A stretch of 63,028 bases of DNA, the filler included, from Stramenopiles sp. TOSAG23-2 (taxonomy: Eukaryota): NCBI GenBank assembly GCA_900128395.1. It is 10 parts of 10 records of this genome, joined end to end, with 100 filler letters (N's around TTAATTAATTAA, not from the genome) between each part and the next. Parts side by side here need not be neighbours in the genome. Positions count along the whole stretch, not along the records: positions 48,002 to 54,730 come from LT650414.1; positions 54,831 to 61,556 come from LT650415.1; 8 more parts are not named here. One strand, given 5' to 3'. The translations under genes and the position numbers were made by a program. A model generated the notes under the pieces. It was not told where the DNA came from. It did not search any database and saw only the letters and a list, made by a program, of their open reading frames with translations. Shown here in pieces: positions 48,003 to 59,801 of the stretch. Each line of letters opens with the position of its first letter. The stretch's first letter is position 1.

Positions 48003-51000
48003 ATTGTCCATCAACAACATGAGATTAGTAGACTGAACACATTGATACGCTCGTTAAAACAGGATTTGCCGCAGCTAGATGATAATAATAATAACCATCG
48101 CCGATTATTAATAAAAAATGAGCCAACATCAAAAAACGAAACTTGTGAAAAGGAAGAGAAATTATCACAAGAAACAATAATTAATGAAATAAAAATAACT
48201 TTATATAGTGCAATAATCATACTTTTTGGAATTGTTGCTGTAAGTATTTGTTTCGAGAGAACAGAAGAAGTTGCAAGAGAAAATACCAAAGATAACTTTA
48301 AGCAATTGCTACAAAATGTATTTTCTGAATTAACAGTACTTGGGTTCATAGGATTATTGATGTTTGTAATAACAAAATTTGGGAAAGAGTCATTAAATGA
48401 ATTAGCTGGAAATCCAAAAAATGGATTGTTTAAACATGATTGCTTTGAACATTGTGGTGAATTAATATGCCCTGAAAATCCTTTTATTGAATTAACTGAA
48501 ACGGTCCATATGATATTATTTGGCACTATGTTAATATTTTTAGGAAACACTGCAATTACATATTATTATGGTACGAAAATTTTTAATAAAGTCAGTCAAT
48601 GGGAACAATATTGTTTAGCACATACAGCAGAAAATGCGAAAAAATTAACAATTGACGCGAAGCGTTGCAAGGACGAAGCGTATGGTAATAGTATATTTGA
48701 TTTTATATGTCGTTGCAAATGTATAAATTGGAGAGAGAAAAATCTAGAATATACAGCTCAATTGCAACGCTATAAATATATGGCAATACGCAAGAGCTTC
48801 ATTGCATGTACAAATTCTAAATTGACAGCGAAAACGAAGCAGCATCAATTGACTGCTCATTTTAATTTTTCTTTATATTTACAATATGCATTAGGGGAAC
48901 AAATATCAGCAATGGTTGAAATATCCGCAGATAATTGGCTAGTATTGTTTTTAATACTATCCACTATACTTTTAATCAATGTAATTATTGCTGAAAGCGA
49001 ACATCGCCAAGTGTTAATGACTATACTTATTGTTGCATTAGGTTATATATCAGCATTATTGACGTATCTAGTAAAATTGAAATTGAAAGGCATTGAAGCC
49101 GCTGTGATGCCGTATTCCCTTGGAAGTATTGATAATAATTTCAAGACATCGCGTGTTAGGAATAATAATACTATGAACAGGCCATTATTGGGGAAAAAGC
49201 TTAGCCGAAGATTATCTATTCGCTTAACTGAAAGTGATTTTTTGTCTGAAATGAAATTAGATGAACATGGTAATCCAGTGCTAGCCCATTTAAATGCAAA
49301 TGATTTTGTATATGAACCAAATTACAAGATGAAGAACAATGGTATATTTGATGATGATGTCGAATATGAAACTACTTTTAAAATTTGCTGTAATTGTACA
49401 TTTTCAAAGGAACGGATTATTGCCTATTTAAGAGTAACACAAGTATTACATGCATTATACTTTGGTATTTTTTTTATCTTGATCCTTCCAAACATGCTAA
49501 GTTATTGGGAAAAACAACATAAAGGACATGAAAGTGATGAGGATGTTGATGATTTTAACAACATTTGGAATGTTGTATCATTTGCTATTTTATATATTAT
49601 TCCATTGATAGGTCAAACATACGGACTTGAAACTATTTTATTGCATATTATATATGTAGGTAACGTGGAATCGTTGACGGTGGAAAAGAACGTTGCACAG
49701 ACATTACGAGTTATGAAATCAAAACGAGCGTTGCAAGTTTTACATAATATTTCCTGTTTCATGTCCTACATGGATGATGTTGGAAAAGAATGTCAAAAAA
49801 CGTTTATGAAGATACCTTTGTTGGACGGGTTAGACGAAGAGCATGTAAAAGCCATCATGCTAAGCTGTGAACCGGCTGTTTTTAGAAAAGGTGCAAGTAT
49901 TATCAAACAAAATGAAAAGAATCCGAGAGGTTTATATATTATTTGTTCGGGTCAATGTGATGTATTTATTAATAAAATGAAAGTAAATAGTATAGGCATT
50001 GGAGAATACTTTGGTGAAGTAACTTTAATAACCGGAGGTGGTGCAACAGCTAGCGTGACAGCATCAGACTTGTGTATATGTATGTTATTAGATAGAGATA
50101 CCTTGATGAACTTATGCCCATCATTATTTAGAGAATTTGTTGAACGCAAGAAAACACTGAAACGAACAGATACACAGATTATATTGCGTCAAATGGCATA
50201 TCAGAAACATCAAAATATTGATAGTATGCGTGACATATTGACATTAAAACGTATGCCACATCCTGTTAATCCTGCTAGCCAAATTGCAAATGAGAAAAAT
50301 CTCATTTTACAAGGACCTCTTCAAAACATACAAGAAGAAGACATTGGTAGTAAAGTTCAAAAATCGACTCCAACTCCCCTTCGAAAAAAACGAAGGCGTA
50401 GTACGCACTTTGGTTGGTATGAGGAACCTGGTGGTATTCGTTACTTAAAAGGTTCTGTCATGGAAATCAAGAAAGAAAAGTCTATTGACAGTGCAATACA
50501 ATTTAATCGACGATTAGCGTTGCTAGATACTTTTAATTTGATTAATTCAAAGGATGATACAATAGAAGAAGATGAATTAGTATCCTTCTTGATCAACTTG
50601 TTCCCAAAAGAATCATCGTTGAGTGCATTTTACCGCTTACAAATTACATTGATGATAAAAACTATTGATTTAGACGGTGACGATACTATAGATAAGTATG
50701 AGTGGTTTGAGTAAGTTTTCAAATGTTTTCTATCTTTACTAACGTTAATCATCTATACCAATCCATATATGCCTAACACATCTGACTTATATTAATTAAA
50801 ATACGATAAAATCATTAGACTAATGGTGCCAATCGTGGAGAAAGAAGAAACTGAAAGTTTAGCTGAGGAAGTTTTTGAGAAGGTATTTAATATATTAGAT
50901 TATGATGGTGGTGGTGATATTACAGTTTCAGAATTTAGAGATGTATTGTTAAAAATCGGTTTGAACATTTCTTATGAAGAAGTAAGAGAAATCATAAATG

Positions 51001-51074
51001 AACACGATGATAGTGGTGATGGGTTGATGGATTTAGAAGAATTTGTTCATATGATGAAAAATCAAATTTGGTAG
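48003..51074 (+). CDS. MLO-family multi-TM protein fused to a cNMP-binding-like domain and EF-hands, exons 48003-50710 and 50819-51074 (5' truncated)
   Basis: MLO motifs SICFE, SELTVLGFIGLL, VHMILF, QWE, YMAIRKSFI and FNFSLYL...VEISADNW. CNB-like LYIICSGQCDV...GEYFGEVTL. EF loops DLDGDDTIDKYEW, DYDGGGDITVSEF and DDSGDGLMDLEEF. Intron 50711-50818 (GA|GTAAGT...tAG). Confidence 0.8.
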
Positions 51075-51554
51075 AGTGTGTCAAGTATTTGTACGATTGA
51101 TGTGGTTGTGTCAAATATTTTTTTAAATATTAAAACAATCAAATATTTGATAGGCATATTACTAAGTATTAATAGTATAGTAGTATATACAGATTTCATA
51201 TTTCAACTGCTATACTCATACAATACAGTATTTTGCACTTTTCACAACTATGGAAAAGCAAAAAGACCTCCTGCACTCTCCTCGATAAATAATTGACCAA
51301 CATTACTTAGTATAATAAAACATCAACAATATATAAATACCAGGTAAGTACTTACCAGGTACGTCTATACTATTACATATTTGAAAGTAGTCTCGTCTAT
51401 ATATACATTCCTACAGATCAAACTGCAATATAATACAATTTTCTAAAGACATTACCAAAAGTACTTTATCCATACATAAAGTATAAAGTAAAAACCAAAA
51501 CCTAATTTATATTTTTTCATTATCTCTAAATAAAGTTATAACACAAACTCGACA

Positions 51555-52778
51555 ATGGCATCATTAACATTACAACAAAAGAAATTAATTACAGAATTAA
51601 AAAAGCATGAAAAAACTCATGTACAAAATGAGATTGATAAATGGTTTCCAATAGCAGAACATAGAACAGATGATTATCATGAGTTTAAAAAATGTTATTT
51701 ACAAACTGTAGAGACGATAAATTTGCAGGAAAATGCAAAAAAATCCAATAAATCAAAGTCAGGAAAGGTATCATCACTACTAGAAGAATCCAATGAAAAT
51801 ATGTTACGCGCTGAATTCATAGATTCACTTGAGTTTGTTAAAAAAGATGCAAAATTGTTTTCAATAGTAAAATTTAAACCTCCACATGGTAGAAGCTCAA
51901 AAAGTCTAGACCAGATGAATGATGAAGATAAATATTGGTATAACGTTAAAGAATCAAACAATAACAAGAAGAAAAAGGAGCAGAAGAAGAACAAGAAAGA
52001 ATACAATCCATATGATCCATTTACTGCTTTTATTTATGAAACATGTAGTTTGAAAGAAAAAGCTATTGATAGGATTGGACACCCAATAGGAAATTTATAT
52101 GAATATATGGTTGCAAAACATATTAAAAAAAGTACTCATATCAAATGTATTAATTGCGAAGCCACGAATCGTAGTATTATATGGAATGGTGGTTCGAGTA
52201 CATCTTGGCAAGATTTAATATGTACGGATTGTGGTGCTTTTTATGAAATAAAAGCAAAGAAAACATGGTATGAAAATTTTATGCCTCGTGAGAAAGCAAT
52301 AAATAGGTGTTTAGCGCGGGATGTTAATGGTGGAAGCTACTCTCGATTTAAAGAACAAAAAGGGGAAAAAATCAACCATTTCCTTGTAATAGTTGACCGA
52401 GGAAAGTTAACACAGAACAAGCATCAAGTATATTGTTATAAAATTTTAGATGTTTTTCCGCGTTTAAATGAAAAAACTTTTGCAAAATGGAAAAGAGATG
52501 GAAAAAAAGAAGATTATCAAATGACATTAAAGTCCAACATAAAAGTTGATTTAGATAGTGAGCAAAAATGGTTTAAATTGCCAAAATCAGAGTATACCGA
52601 TCCAGAAAAAAAATTGGACGAAATAAAAGCAACATTTTTACAGGAATGGTTAAATGCTAAATTTGATGCAGAGAACAACAACAACAACAACAACAACGAA
52701 GCAAGTGATACAGAAGTCCTTGGGAAGAAGATTGAGAATTTAAACGTAAAAGATAGTTGGGAAGAAGATTGTGATTAA
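51555..52778 (+). CDS. Putative DpnI/Dam-replacing-like zinc-finger PD-(D/E)XK nuclease
   Basis: GNLYEYMV...CINC...WQDLICTDCGAFYEIKAKK...NGGSY...NHFLVIV has the same motif order as the DpnI catalytic domain. Confidence 0.65.
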   Translation: MASLTLQQKKLITELKKHEKTHVQNEIDKWFPIAEHRTDDYHEFKKCYLQTVETINLQENAKKSNKSKSGKVSSLLEESNENMLRAEFIDSLEFVKKDAKLFSIVKFKPPHGRSSKSLDQMNDEDKYWYNVKESNNNKKKKEQKKNKKEYNPYDPFTAFIYETCSLKEKAIDRIGHPIGNLYEYMVAKHIKKSTHIKCINCEATNRSIIWNGGSSTSWQDLICTDCGAFYEIKAKKTWYENFMPREKAINRCLARDVNGGSYSRFKEQKGEKINHFLVIVDRGKLTQNKHQVYCYKILDVFPRLNEKTFAKWKRDGKKEDYQMTLKSNIKVDLDSEQKWFKLPKSEYTDPEKKLDEIKATFLQEWLNAKFDAENNNNNNNNEASDTEVLGKKIENLNVKDSWEEDCD

Positions 52779-52925
52779 GAAAAATAAAACTCTCTGATAT
52801 ATAATACTGTAGCTGTAGCTATGATATCATATACCTCTGACATTTAAAGAAAAAATAAAATATACCTAATATTAGAAATATTATATTAAAAGTCTTTTTT
52901 TATTTAAAAAATATTTACAAAAATT

Positions 52926-54455
52926 TTACTCAATAACTATACCGCTATGTATTGGCAGCATCATCAACAAAGGTACCATAAACGTACATGTTAAAGTGAA
53001 TGGAATCAGAACATTTTGTTTAACTGTATATGATATTGGATGTAATATATTCCTGGAATATTTTTTTCTATAAACTAGCCATACCAAAAGTAAAACGATA
53101 CTATCCGATATAGACATGATCATACAATAAGTAAAAAAGTTCAAAAAATTAGAATTAATCTGATAATTTGGAGTTAACGTTGAGAAGTAATATACTCCTG
53201 CAATGCAAAATGGTATCAAAATTTCTCCCAAGCTGTTTATAATAAATACGGCAGTATAATATGCACGTTCGTGCATCAGTATTAACTCTGAATCGTGTTG
53301 AATTTTATCTGTTTTCATCCGACACAATTTTACACAACATATTTTTCCTTTATATATTGCATCGTCTTTCCACTTTGCAATGTGCCGACTTCCTTTACTA
53401 CCTGAGTTAATTGCTGATAACATATCCATAATTAAATACCAAATAAATACATCTACCGTCATTGAACTGAAACATAATGTGCCAATTAATGTCCAATACA
53501 TGTGAATGCTTGAAGATACAAATCCTTCTAGAACTGAACTTGAATTTTCATCCTTGATAAATTTTCTCATTATTTTTGGTAACATCATCGGAAGTGCTGT
53601 CTTCCAACTCATTAATAAAAATATGAATATATACTGTAAATAAAGATTGAAAGTAGAGTACAAATTAATGAAAATAATAGCAAATCCCCAGCCAATAATA
53701 TAAGCTATTAAAAAAATAGCTATAAGTCGTAAATGTTTCGTGTTGCGGTTGTAATCATCATGAATAATATTTTCTGATAGATTGTTATCTTCATCATCAC
53801 CATTGGCAATAGCATCATCACTATTAATACCACTTTTTTTATTATTATTATTTACTATACTACGGCAACAAGACGATAAAATAGCTAAAAATATTAATTC
53901 TAAAACTATTGAAACTATCATACCACCTATTGAAAACAAGAAAGATAATGGGATTGGAAAAATATTCAAACTTGCCGATATAATCATATAGAATGTAATT
54001 GATACAAACGCAGAGCAAAGAATTCTAAGGATTATTCGGATCGGACTATATAAGTTTGCAATTGTTTGTCCTAAAAACGATGATGACAGCATACTTCCAA
54101 ACAATTGAATTGCTGTAAATAGTATCATTTGAAGAAGGCCAATATGGAGAAGTATATACATTATATTACTCCCAAGACCCAACGCAGGATCAGCAAGTGG
54201 TAAAGTGACAATAATTACAATGCAAAAGGCGGTCCATAATATAAATGCTATTGGCCATGCAAGCCAATAAAAATCTAACTCTTTATCAGTCATGTCTAGC
54301 TGATCATTATTTGATATTTTTATTTCGAAATCTAAGATAGAATCTCTGACAATATCCTTTTTTTCCTTCTTCATTGGAGAAGCAGAAGAATTATTGATAG
54401 GATTGGAGACCAATAATTTTGTATCTATTTGTATCCTTTCCGGTGAATCTGCCAT
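52926..54455 (-). CDS. Multi-pass membrane protein of unknown function (about 10-12 TM)
   Basis: 509-aa ORF with many hydrophobic segments. No diagnostic motif recognised. Confidence 0.7.
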   Translation of the reverse strand: MADSPERIQIDTKLLVSNPINNSSASPMKKEKKDIVRDSILDFEIKISNNDQLDMTDKELDFYWLAWPIAFILWTAFCIVIIVTLPLADPALGLGSNIMYILLHIGLLQMILFTAIQLFGSMLSSSFLGQTIANLYSPIRIILRILCSAFVSITFYMIISASLNIFPIPLSFLFSIGGMIVSIVLELIFLAILSSCCRSIVNNNNKKSGINSDDAIANGDDEDNNLSENIIHDDYNRNTKHLRLIAIFLIAYIIGWGFAIIFINLYSTFNLYLQYIFIFLLMSWKTALPMMLPKIMRKFIKDENSSSVLEGFVSSSIHMYWTLIGTLCFSSMTVDVFIWYLIMDMLSAINSGSKGSRHIAKWKDDAIYKGKICCVKLCRMKTDKIQHDSELILMHERAYYTAVFIINSLGEILIPFCIAGVYYFSTLTPNYQINSNFLNFFTYCMIMSISDSIVLLLVWLVYRKKYSRNILHPISYTVKQNVLIPFTLTCTFMVPLLMMLPIHSGIVIE

Positions 54456-54730
54456 TGTCTATTCTATTGTTTAATACTGTTATTATTTGTTCGTATATAT
54501 ATAGTCTATTTTAGGTGTGTAATATTATTTTATAATTATAATTTTTATTGTATTTATATTATTCAGATTTTTTGGTCGTCAAAACAGTGTATTTAATTAA
54601 CATGAAAGTGGTGTGGGACGATTTATTAAATTATAATCTTTTTATATATTATGTATTTTACTTCGTGATTACAGGCGACTCAACCTCTCCACACACCTCC
54701 TTATTTTTCTCCAACAAATGTAACCCATGG

Positions 54731-54830
54731 NNNNNNNNNNNNNNNNNNNNNNNNNNNNNNNNNNNNNNNNNNNNTTAATTAATTAANNNNNNNNNNNNNN
54801 NNNNNNNNNNNNNNNNNNNNNNNNNNNNNN
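54731..54830. other. Artificial contig linker
   Basis: N44-TTAATTAATTAA-N44. Confidence 0.99.
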
Positions 54831-55630
54831 GAGACTTGTACTGATATATATACTTAAAATAAATTTTATTCATTTACTTAATTTTTTCATATTTCTAACA
54901 ATTTTATTATTGTACCTTTTTCCAGTTGAAACCCCTACACACATAAACATCAGGGCAGGGAATTATAAGTGCACTTGCATGCTTTTCTGTCCTATTATAC
55001 TCATTCTTTATTTTTTACGCTATACGTACCATCAGTGTTTTATTAGTGTTGATCATTGAGTCCAACGAAAAGAATCTTAATCCAAAAAATGAAATAAAAG
55101 CGATAGTTATTATTAGATACTATAGCTCTAGTTGTTGTTATTTTATTTAAAACAAAAATAATAAATGTACAACAAGTGCACAACTTCAATTACAAATTAC
55201 GTCGACCATACTAGACATAGGGGTACATAATTTTGATACATAAAAAAAAAGTGAATATATATACAATATTACATCGAATGGTCCATTTTATAATTAATCA
55301 TGCAGTCTATGTATGTAGGTGTCATATAAAAAGGCTGTAGAGTGTATTTTTATAACTGTAATAATTTTTATTTTTTGATGAAATTTTCAAAAAAATAATA
55401 AAGCCAGAAACCAGGAAGTAAAAAGTAATTATTAGTGCACCAGTGCACCGCATGCGTGCATACGTGCATACGTGCATACCTGGCATGTAACATATATAAT
55501 GATAAGTATATAAATTTATGAATAACAAGATATTAATACAAATAGAGAAGTATCAAATTGTGCAAATAAAGAAAAAACAACAATTGCAACTTTAAACAAG
55601 TAAAAACAACAGAAAAATTACAACATCACT

Positions 55631-57376
55631 ATGTCTGAAGTAGAAGATAAAAGTGCTCCAGCAACAGCCGATGAGAAAACTCAAATTAAGTGGTACGTAA
55701 GGTGCAAGGTAACACATAAACATGTATATGTACACACACATATAGTATATACTTTTATATTTTCAGTATCTTAGTCAACTAACAATTTTCAAATACATAA
55801 TAGGCTAACACGATGTTTCTTCTTAGCAGCGGTCTGCTATATGTGCACGTATGCTATTGGCTTTCGTTACAGTATCGGATATATTGTTACTAGTACCATC
55901 AGCCCATCTGTTCTTGCTTCGAAAGATCCAAGTATTAACGAAAAATTCGCCACTTATTCACAATTCACTACTACCATTATTTTAATTCAAAGAATTATTA
56001 ACTTGTTGACAGGAACTGCATTAGGGGAATGGGGGCAAGTGATTGGAAGAAAGAAATTGGTATTCATTGCTGTAATTGGATATGCAGTTGGATCGTTAGC
56101 CATGCTTCTTGGATATTTAACAAGTAAACCATATACATGGGAAGAGTGCTACAAACCATGCGAAGCGAAAGTTACAAATGTTACTGGTGGCGGTATTGAA
56201 GCGTGTGTAGCAACATGTGTGACGGAGACAAAGGGCGATGGTAGCCATTTTAATGGCGAAGCATTTTACTGGATTTCACAAGGTATCATTGGATTTTGTG
56301 CACCATTTTCGATCACAGCAAGTTCATTTGCTGTTGACTCTTCAACTACGGAGAAAAGTTTCGTTGAAAACTTTGCATACATGAGAGCATGGGGATACGG
56401 CGGTGGCTTAAGTTTCGGTTATTTTTGGGGCTTAGTTCTGCTTATTGTTTTCTATGTAGGTATGAAAAATACAGCTGCATTTTTAATTGCGGCATTTATA
56501 TTTGGGATTGTATTTGGCCTAATTGGCGTTGCGTTCGCAGGTTTAAAGTTAAAGGAACCACTGAAGGAAGACCAGAAAAAAAAATGTTGCGCTAACCCAG
56601 CTGACTATATGTTTTGGAATTCGTTACTCTTTCCTTTCAAAATGGGCAAATATACATTATTCCTATATTTAACAAATGGCATGTATGCTTTTTATATTGC
56701 TTATTGGGAAAGTACTGCACTTCACTACTTTTTATGGAATTATGGTGTTAGCGTAGTAATGGTATTTATTGCAGTTATTTTGATATTCGCAATGCAATTG
56801 GTTGGAATTAAAGTTTTAGTACCAAGACTTGGATTTAGACGTGCAATTTATTTTGGATTTCCAATTCTTGTTACTGGAGTATCGATTTTGGCATTCACTG
56901 TACGTGGACCAAATGATACTGCAAAATCGCAACCAACCGGATTACTGGTTGTAATTTTCGGTGGTATATGCGCTGCTGGACAAGGAATGGTACAAAGTTC
57001 CACCTTGGCTTTATACAATTCCCAAGGTGGCAAACAAGACACTGGGCCAATTGGCGGGGCATGGAAGACTGGAGAAGCATTCTTCAAGTTGATGGGCTCA
57101 ATTTGTGCTGCAGCATTTTATCCTGGCCATGTTCGTAGAGTTGGTGCAGATTCTTCCATATTACCAGGAATCCATTGGATAATCTTCGGTTTTCCTGCTA
57201 TTATATTATTGATAACTTTTTTCATTGTTGCTGATCAATGTTATGGTGATCTTGCAAAAGAGCAAAAGTATCAAGAAGATGTGATCATATTCGGTTGGGG
57301 TGCAACAGCAAAAAAAGAATTTGACAATGTTGAAACAGCAAAAAATGTCGAAGTAGCAGATTCGATAGATAAATAG
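55631..57376 (+). CDS. MFS transporter (TetA/MFSD14-like), exons 55631-55692 and 55804-57376
   Basis: ATG at 55631. Intron 55693-55803 (TG|GTACGT...aactaac...tAG) is in frame. Motif A-like GTALGEWGQVIGRKK, LKEPL and RLGFRR, about 12 TM. Confidence 0.82.
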
Positions 57377-57547
57377 ATGTACATGTGCAGTTGGTCTATA
57401 GTATATATATAAAAAATTCTCTTACTTATATACATATCAAAATATATGTACATATATTTTGTATATACATATATATTATCATTGAAAATAGTCTATAGCA
57501 TGCTATAACATAGTCATTATAATGTATATAATATGTGTGTATCATGC

Positions 57548-58700
57548 ATCAGGCTACTATTAATATATCAGAAATCAGTCTGAAAATTTCAAGAATATGC
57601 GGGCATTTACAATTTATTAATAATTAATATTAGTTATTAATAGTGTTAATATTATATATATAAATAGTATTAAATAATATGGAGGTATTATTATTACACA
57701 CAGCATTTTTAAAAGCGTGTCGCACACAGTCGAACGAAAATAATTTCCAAATCTTGTTGTTTCTTCAAGTTAATCGAATAATGTTTTTGACACTCTTTGA
57801 CGACAGCCTTTTTCGACAGATTTACTATTAAAGTTGTATAAAACAAAAGTATCTTTAAAACTAAAACTCCTTATTCTACATTCTACAGTCCAACGAAAAT
57901 AATTTCCAAATAATCTTTAAAAAAAATATTAATACTAAATACAATCTTGTTCTTTCTTCAAGTTGATCCAATAAGGTTTTTGACACTCTTTGACGACAGC
58001 CTTTTTTGAAAGATTTACTATGAAGTTGTAGAAAACAAAAGTATCTTTAAAACTCCTTATTCTGATGATGTGTAAGTCTGCACAACTTTAACTTTAACTT
58101 CCACATAATCTATACGGCCACAGGACTAAACCCATGATAGGGCGTACCTTCTACGGCCACGCTCAGTTTATGTACAAGTACAAAAACTGAGCGCAGACTA
58201 ACTATTGACAAGCTAAAGCGTATAAAAGATCAAAGGATCCATTTTGGCATACAGGGGAACAGCATTAAAAAGGTCCTTTTTTACGTAAAATTCCTTAAAA
58301 CTAGTAAAATATTTATGTTAAAGTATGACTTTAGTATACTACTATATATAGTATATTATGTTCAAAATTGAAATTCAGAAATTTGTGTATCAGGCTTTCA
58401 GAAATCTGTATTTTGTCTGAAAATTTCCAGAATATCTTCAAGTTGAACTAGTTTTTGACACTTTGACGACAGTTCTAGACATTCTACAGCAGTCCAACGC
58501 AAGTTATCGTCACTGTTATCGTGTTCTTACGTTCTTACTTCAAGCTGATCCAATAAGGTTTTTGACACTCTTTGACGACATCCTTTTTTGAAAGATTTAC
58601 TATGAAGTTGTAGAAAACAAAAGTATCTTTAAAACTCCTTATTCTGATGATGTGCTCGTCAGCACACAACTTTAACTTTAACTTCCATAATCCATCTGGC
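57548..58700. repeat. Degenerate tandem repeat array (core ggtttttgacactctttgacgaca..ctttttt.gaaagatttacta..aagttgta.aaaacaaaagtatctttaaaact)
   Basis: Copies at about 57760-57880, 57950-58115, 58435-58472 (partial) and 58537-58700. A second shared block occurs at 57548-57600 and 58389-58437. Confidence 0.88.
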
Positions 58701-58878
58701 CATATATATAATCCATAATCTAAATCAAAAAAAACAAGAATAGGCACATATACAAAACAAGAATATAGAGTATTAAAAAAAAGCTATTACAGTAGTCGTT
58801 CACCTATATACATATATATAACACCAATCTATCAGATAATACAAATCAATTAAATTTTACAAAGCTTTTAAAAAAAAA

Positions 58879-59130
58879 ATGTGCGGCACGTATGCAAAAA
58901 TGGACGAGGCAACCAGACGATGCCAGAAAAATTGGGCCATTTTCTTCTATTGGTGTGCAGCAGCATCGTTTATATTCTCTCACTTCTTTATGTATCAATA
59001 TTCCACATGGTATTTGATGACTGGTTCATTTGCACCAAATCGATTTACATCAACGGATCCAAATATTATCCAAAAGATAGCAGATGGAGCTGCATTTATT
59101 GCAACAACAATATTAACTCTTCGTATATAC
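58879..59130 (+). pseudogene. Truncated N-terminal fragment of an MFS paralog
   Basis: YQYSTWYLMTGSFAPNRFTSTDPNIIQKIADGAAFIATTILTLRI aligns with FRYSIGYIVTSTISPSVLASKDPSINEKFATYSQFTTTIILIQRI of the upstream MFS. No downstream exons are visible. Confidence 0.6.
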
Positions 59131-59801
59131 GTAAAATCTGGAAGTATATATATTTTTTTTTTGACTTTTGTTTTTCCATCTTTTTTTTTATATATAGCTT
59201 TAATACATATATGTATGATGTATACGTATGTAAATGTATATAATGTTTGTTTTGTATCAAATTCTTTGTCTCTTTTATTTATTCGTAACAGCAGTAATCG
59301 TCAAATAGTCTTATCGAAGAACGTGTTTCCACTTTTTACAATGTCTAGTTAGAAAGAAGACAACGACTTTATGTTGTTATTTTTCTTTTTTTTGATTTTT
59401 TTTGGTCGTCGTCGTTGTTTTTCAACAACAACAAAGGAGAGGTCTTCTCCTTCTAATTATAATAACTATAATATATATAATATAATACGAAGAAAAAGAA
59501 TAAGAAATTTTAATTTGATTTTTTATATTTTTAAAATAATAACATCTTATTGTGGTATTATTACAACCGTTTGTGTTTTTATGTTTTTTGTGCTTTCGTT
59601 TTAGTTTTTGGAACGCTCTCATCATTATTATTTGTTTATTTTTTTTTTTTTAAAATACATCATTTTGTTTTTGGATTATTCACAACAACCGTTATTATTT
59701 ATTATTATTAAATACAATTAACAATAATACAGAATACGATATACGGACAATTAAATCGGGATTATTGAGGTACATACATACAAACAGATAAACAATAAAC
59801 A

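Noticed and set aside
58160-58205. Helitron 3' end (hairpin + CTRR)
   Set aside because: CTAA follows the hairpin after only about 4 nt and is not followed by T. No 5' TC end or Rep/helicase is visible, so it is kept only as a hairpin.
57548-58700. Possible CRISPR array
   Set aside because: Units are over 100 bp, diverged and irregularly spaced. The context is eukaryotic and there are no cas genes.
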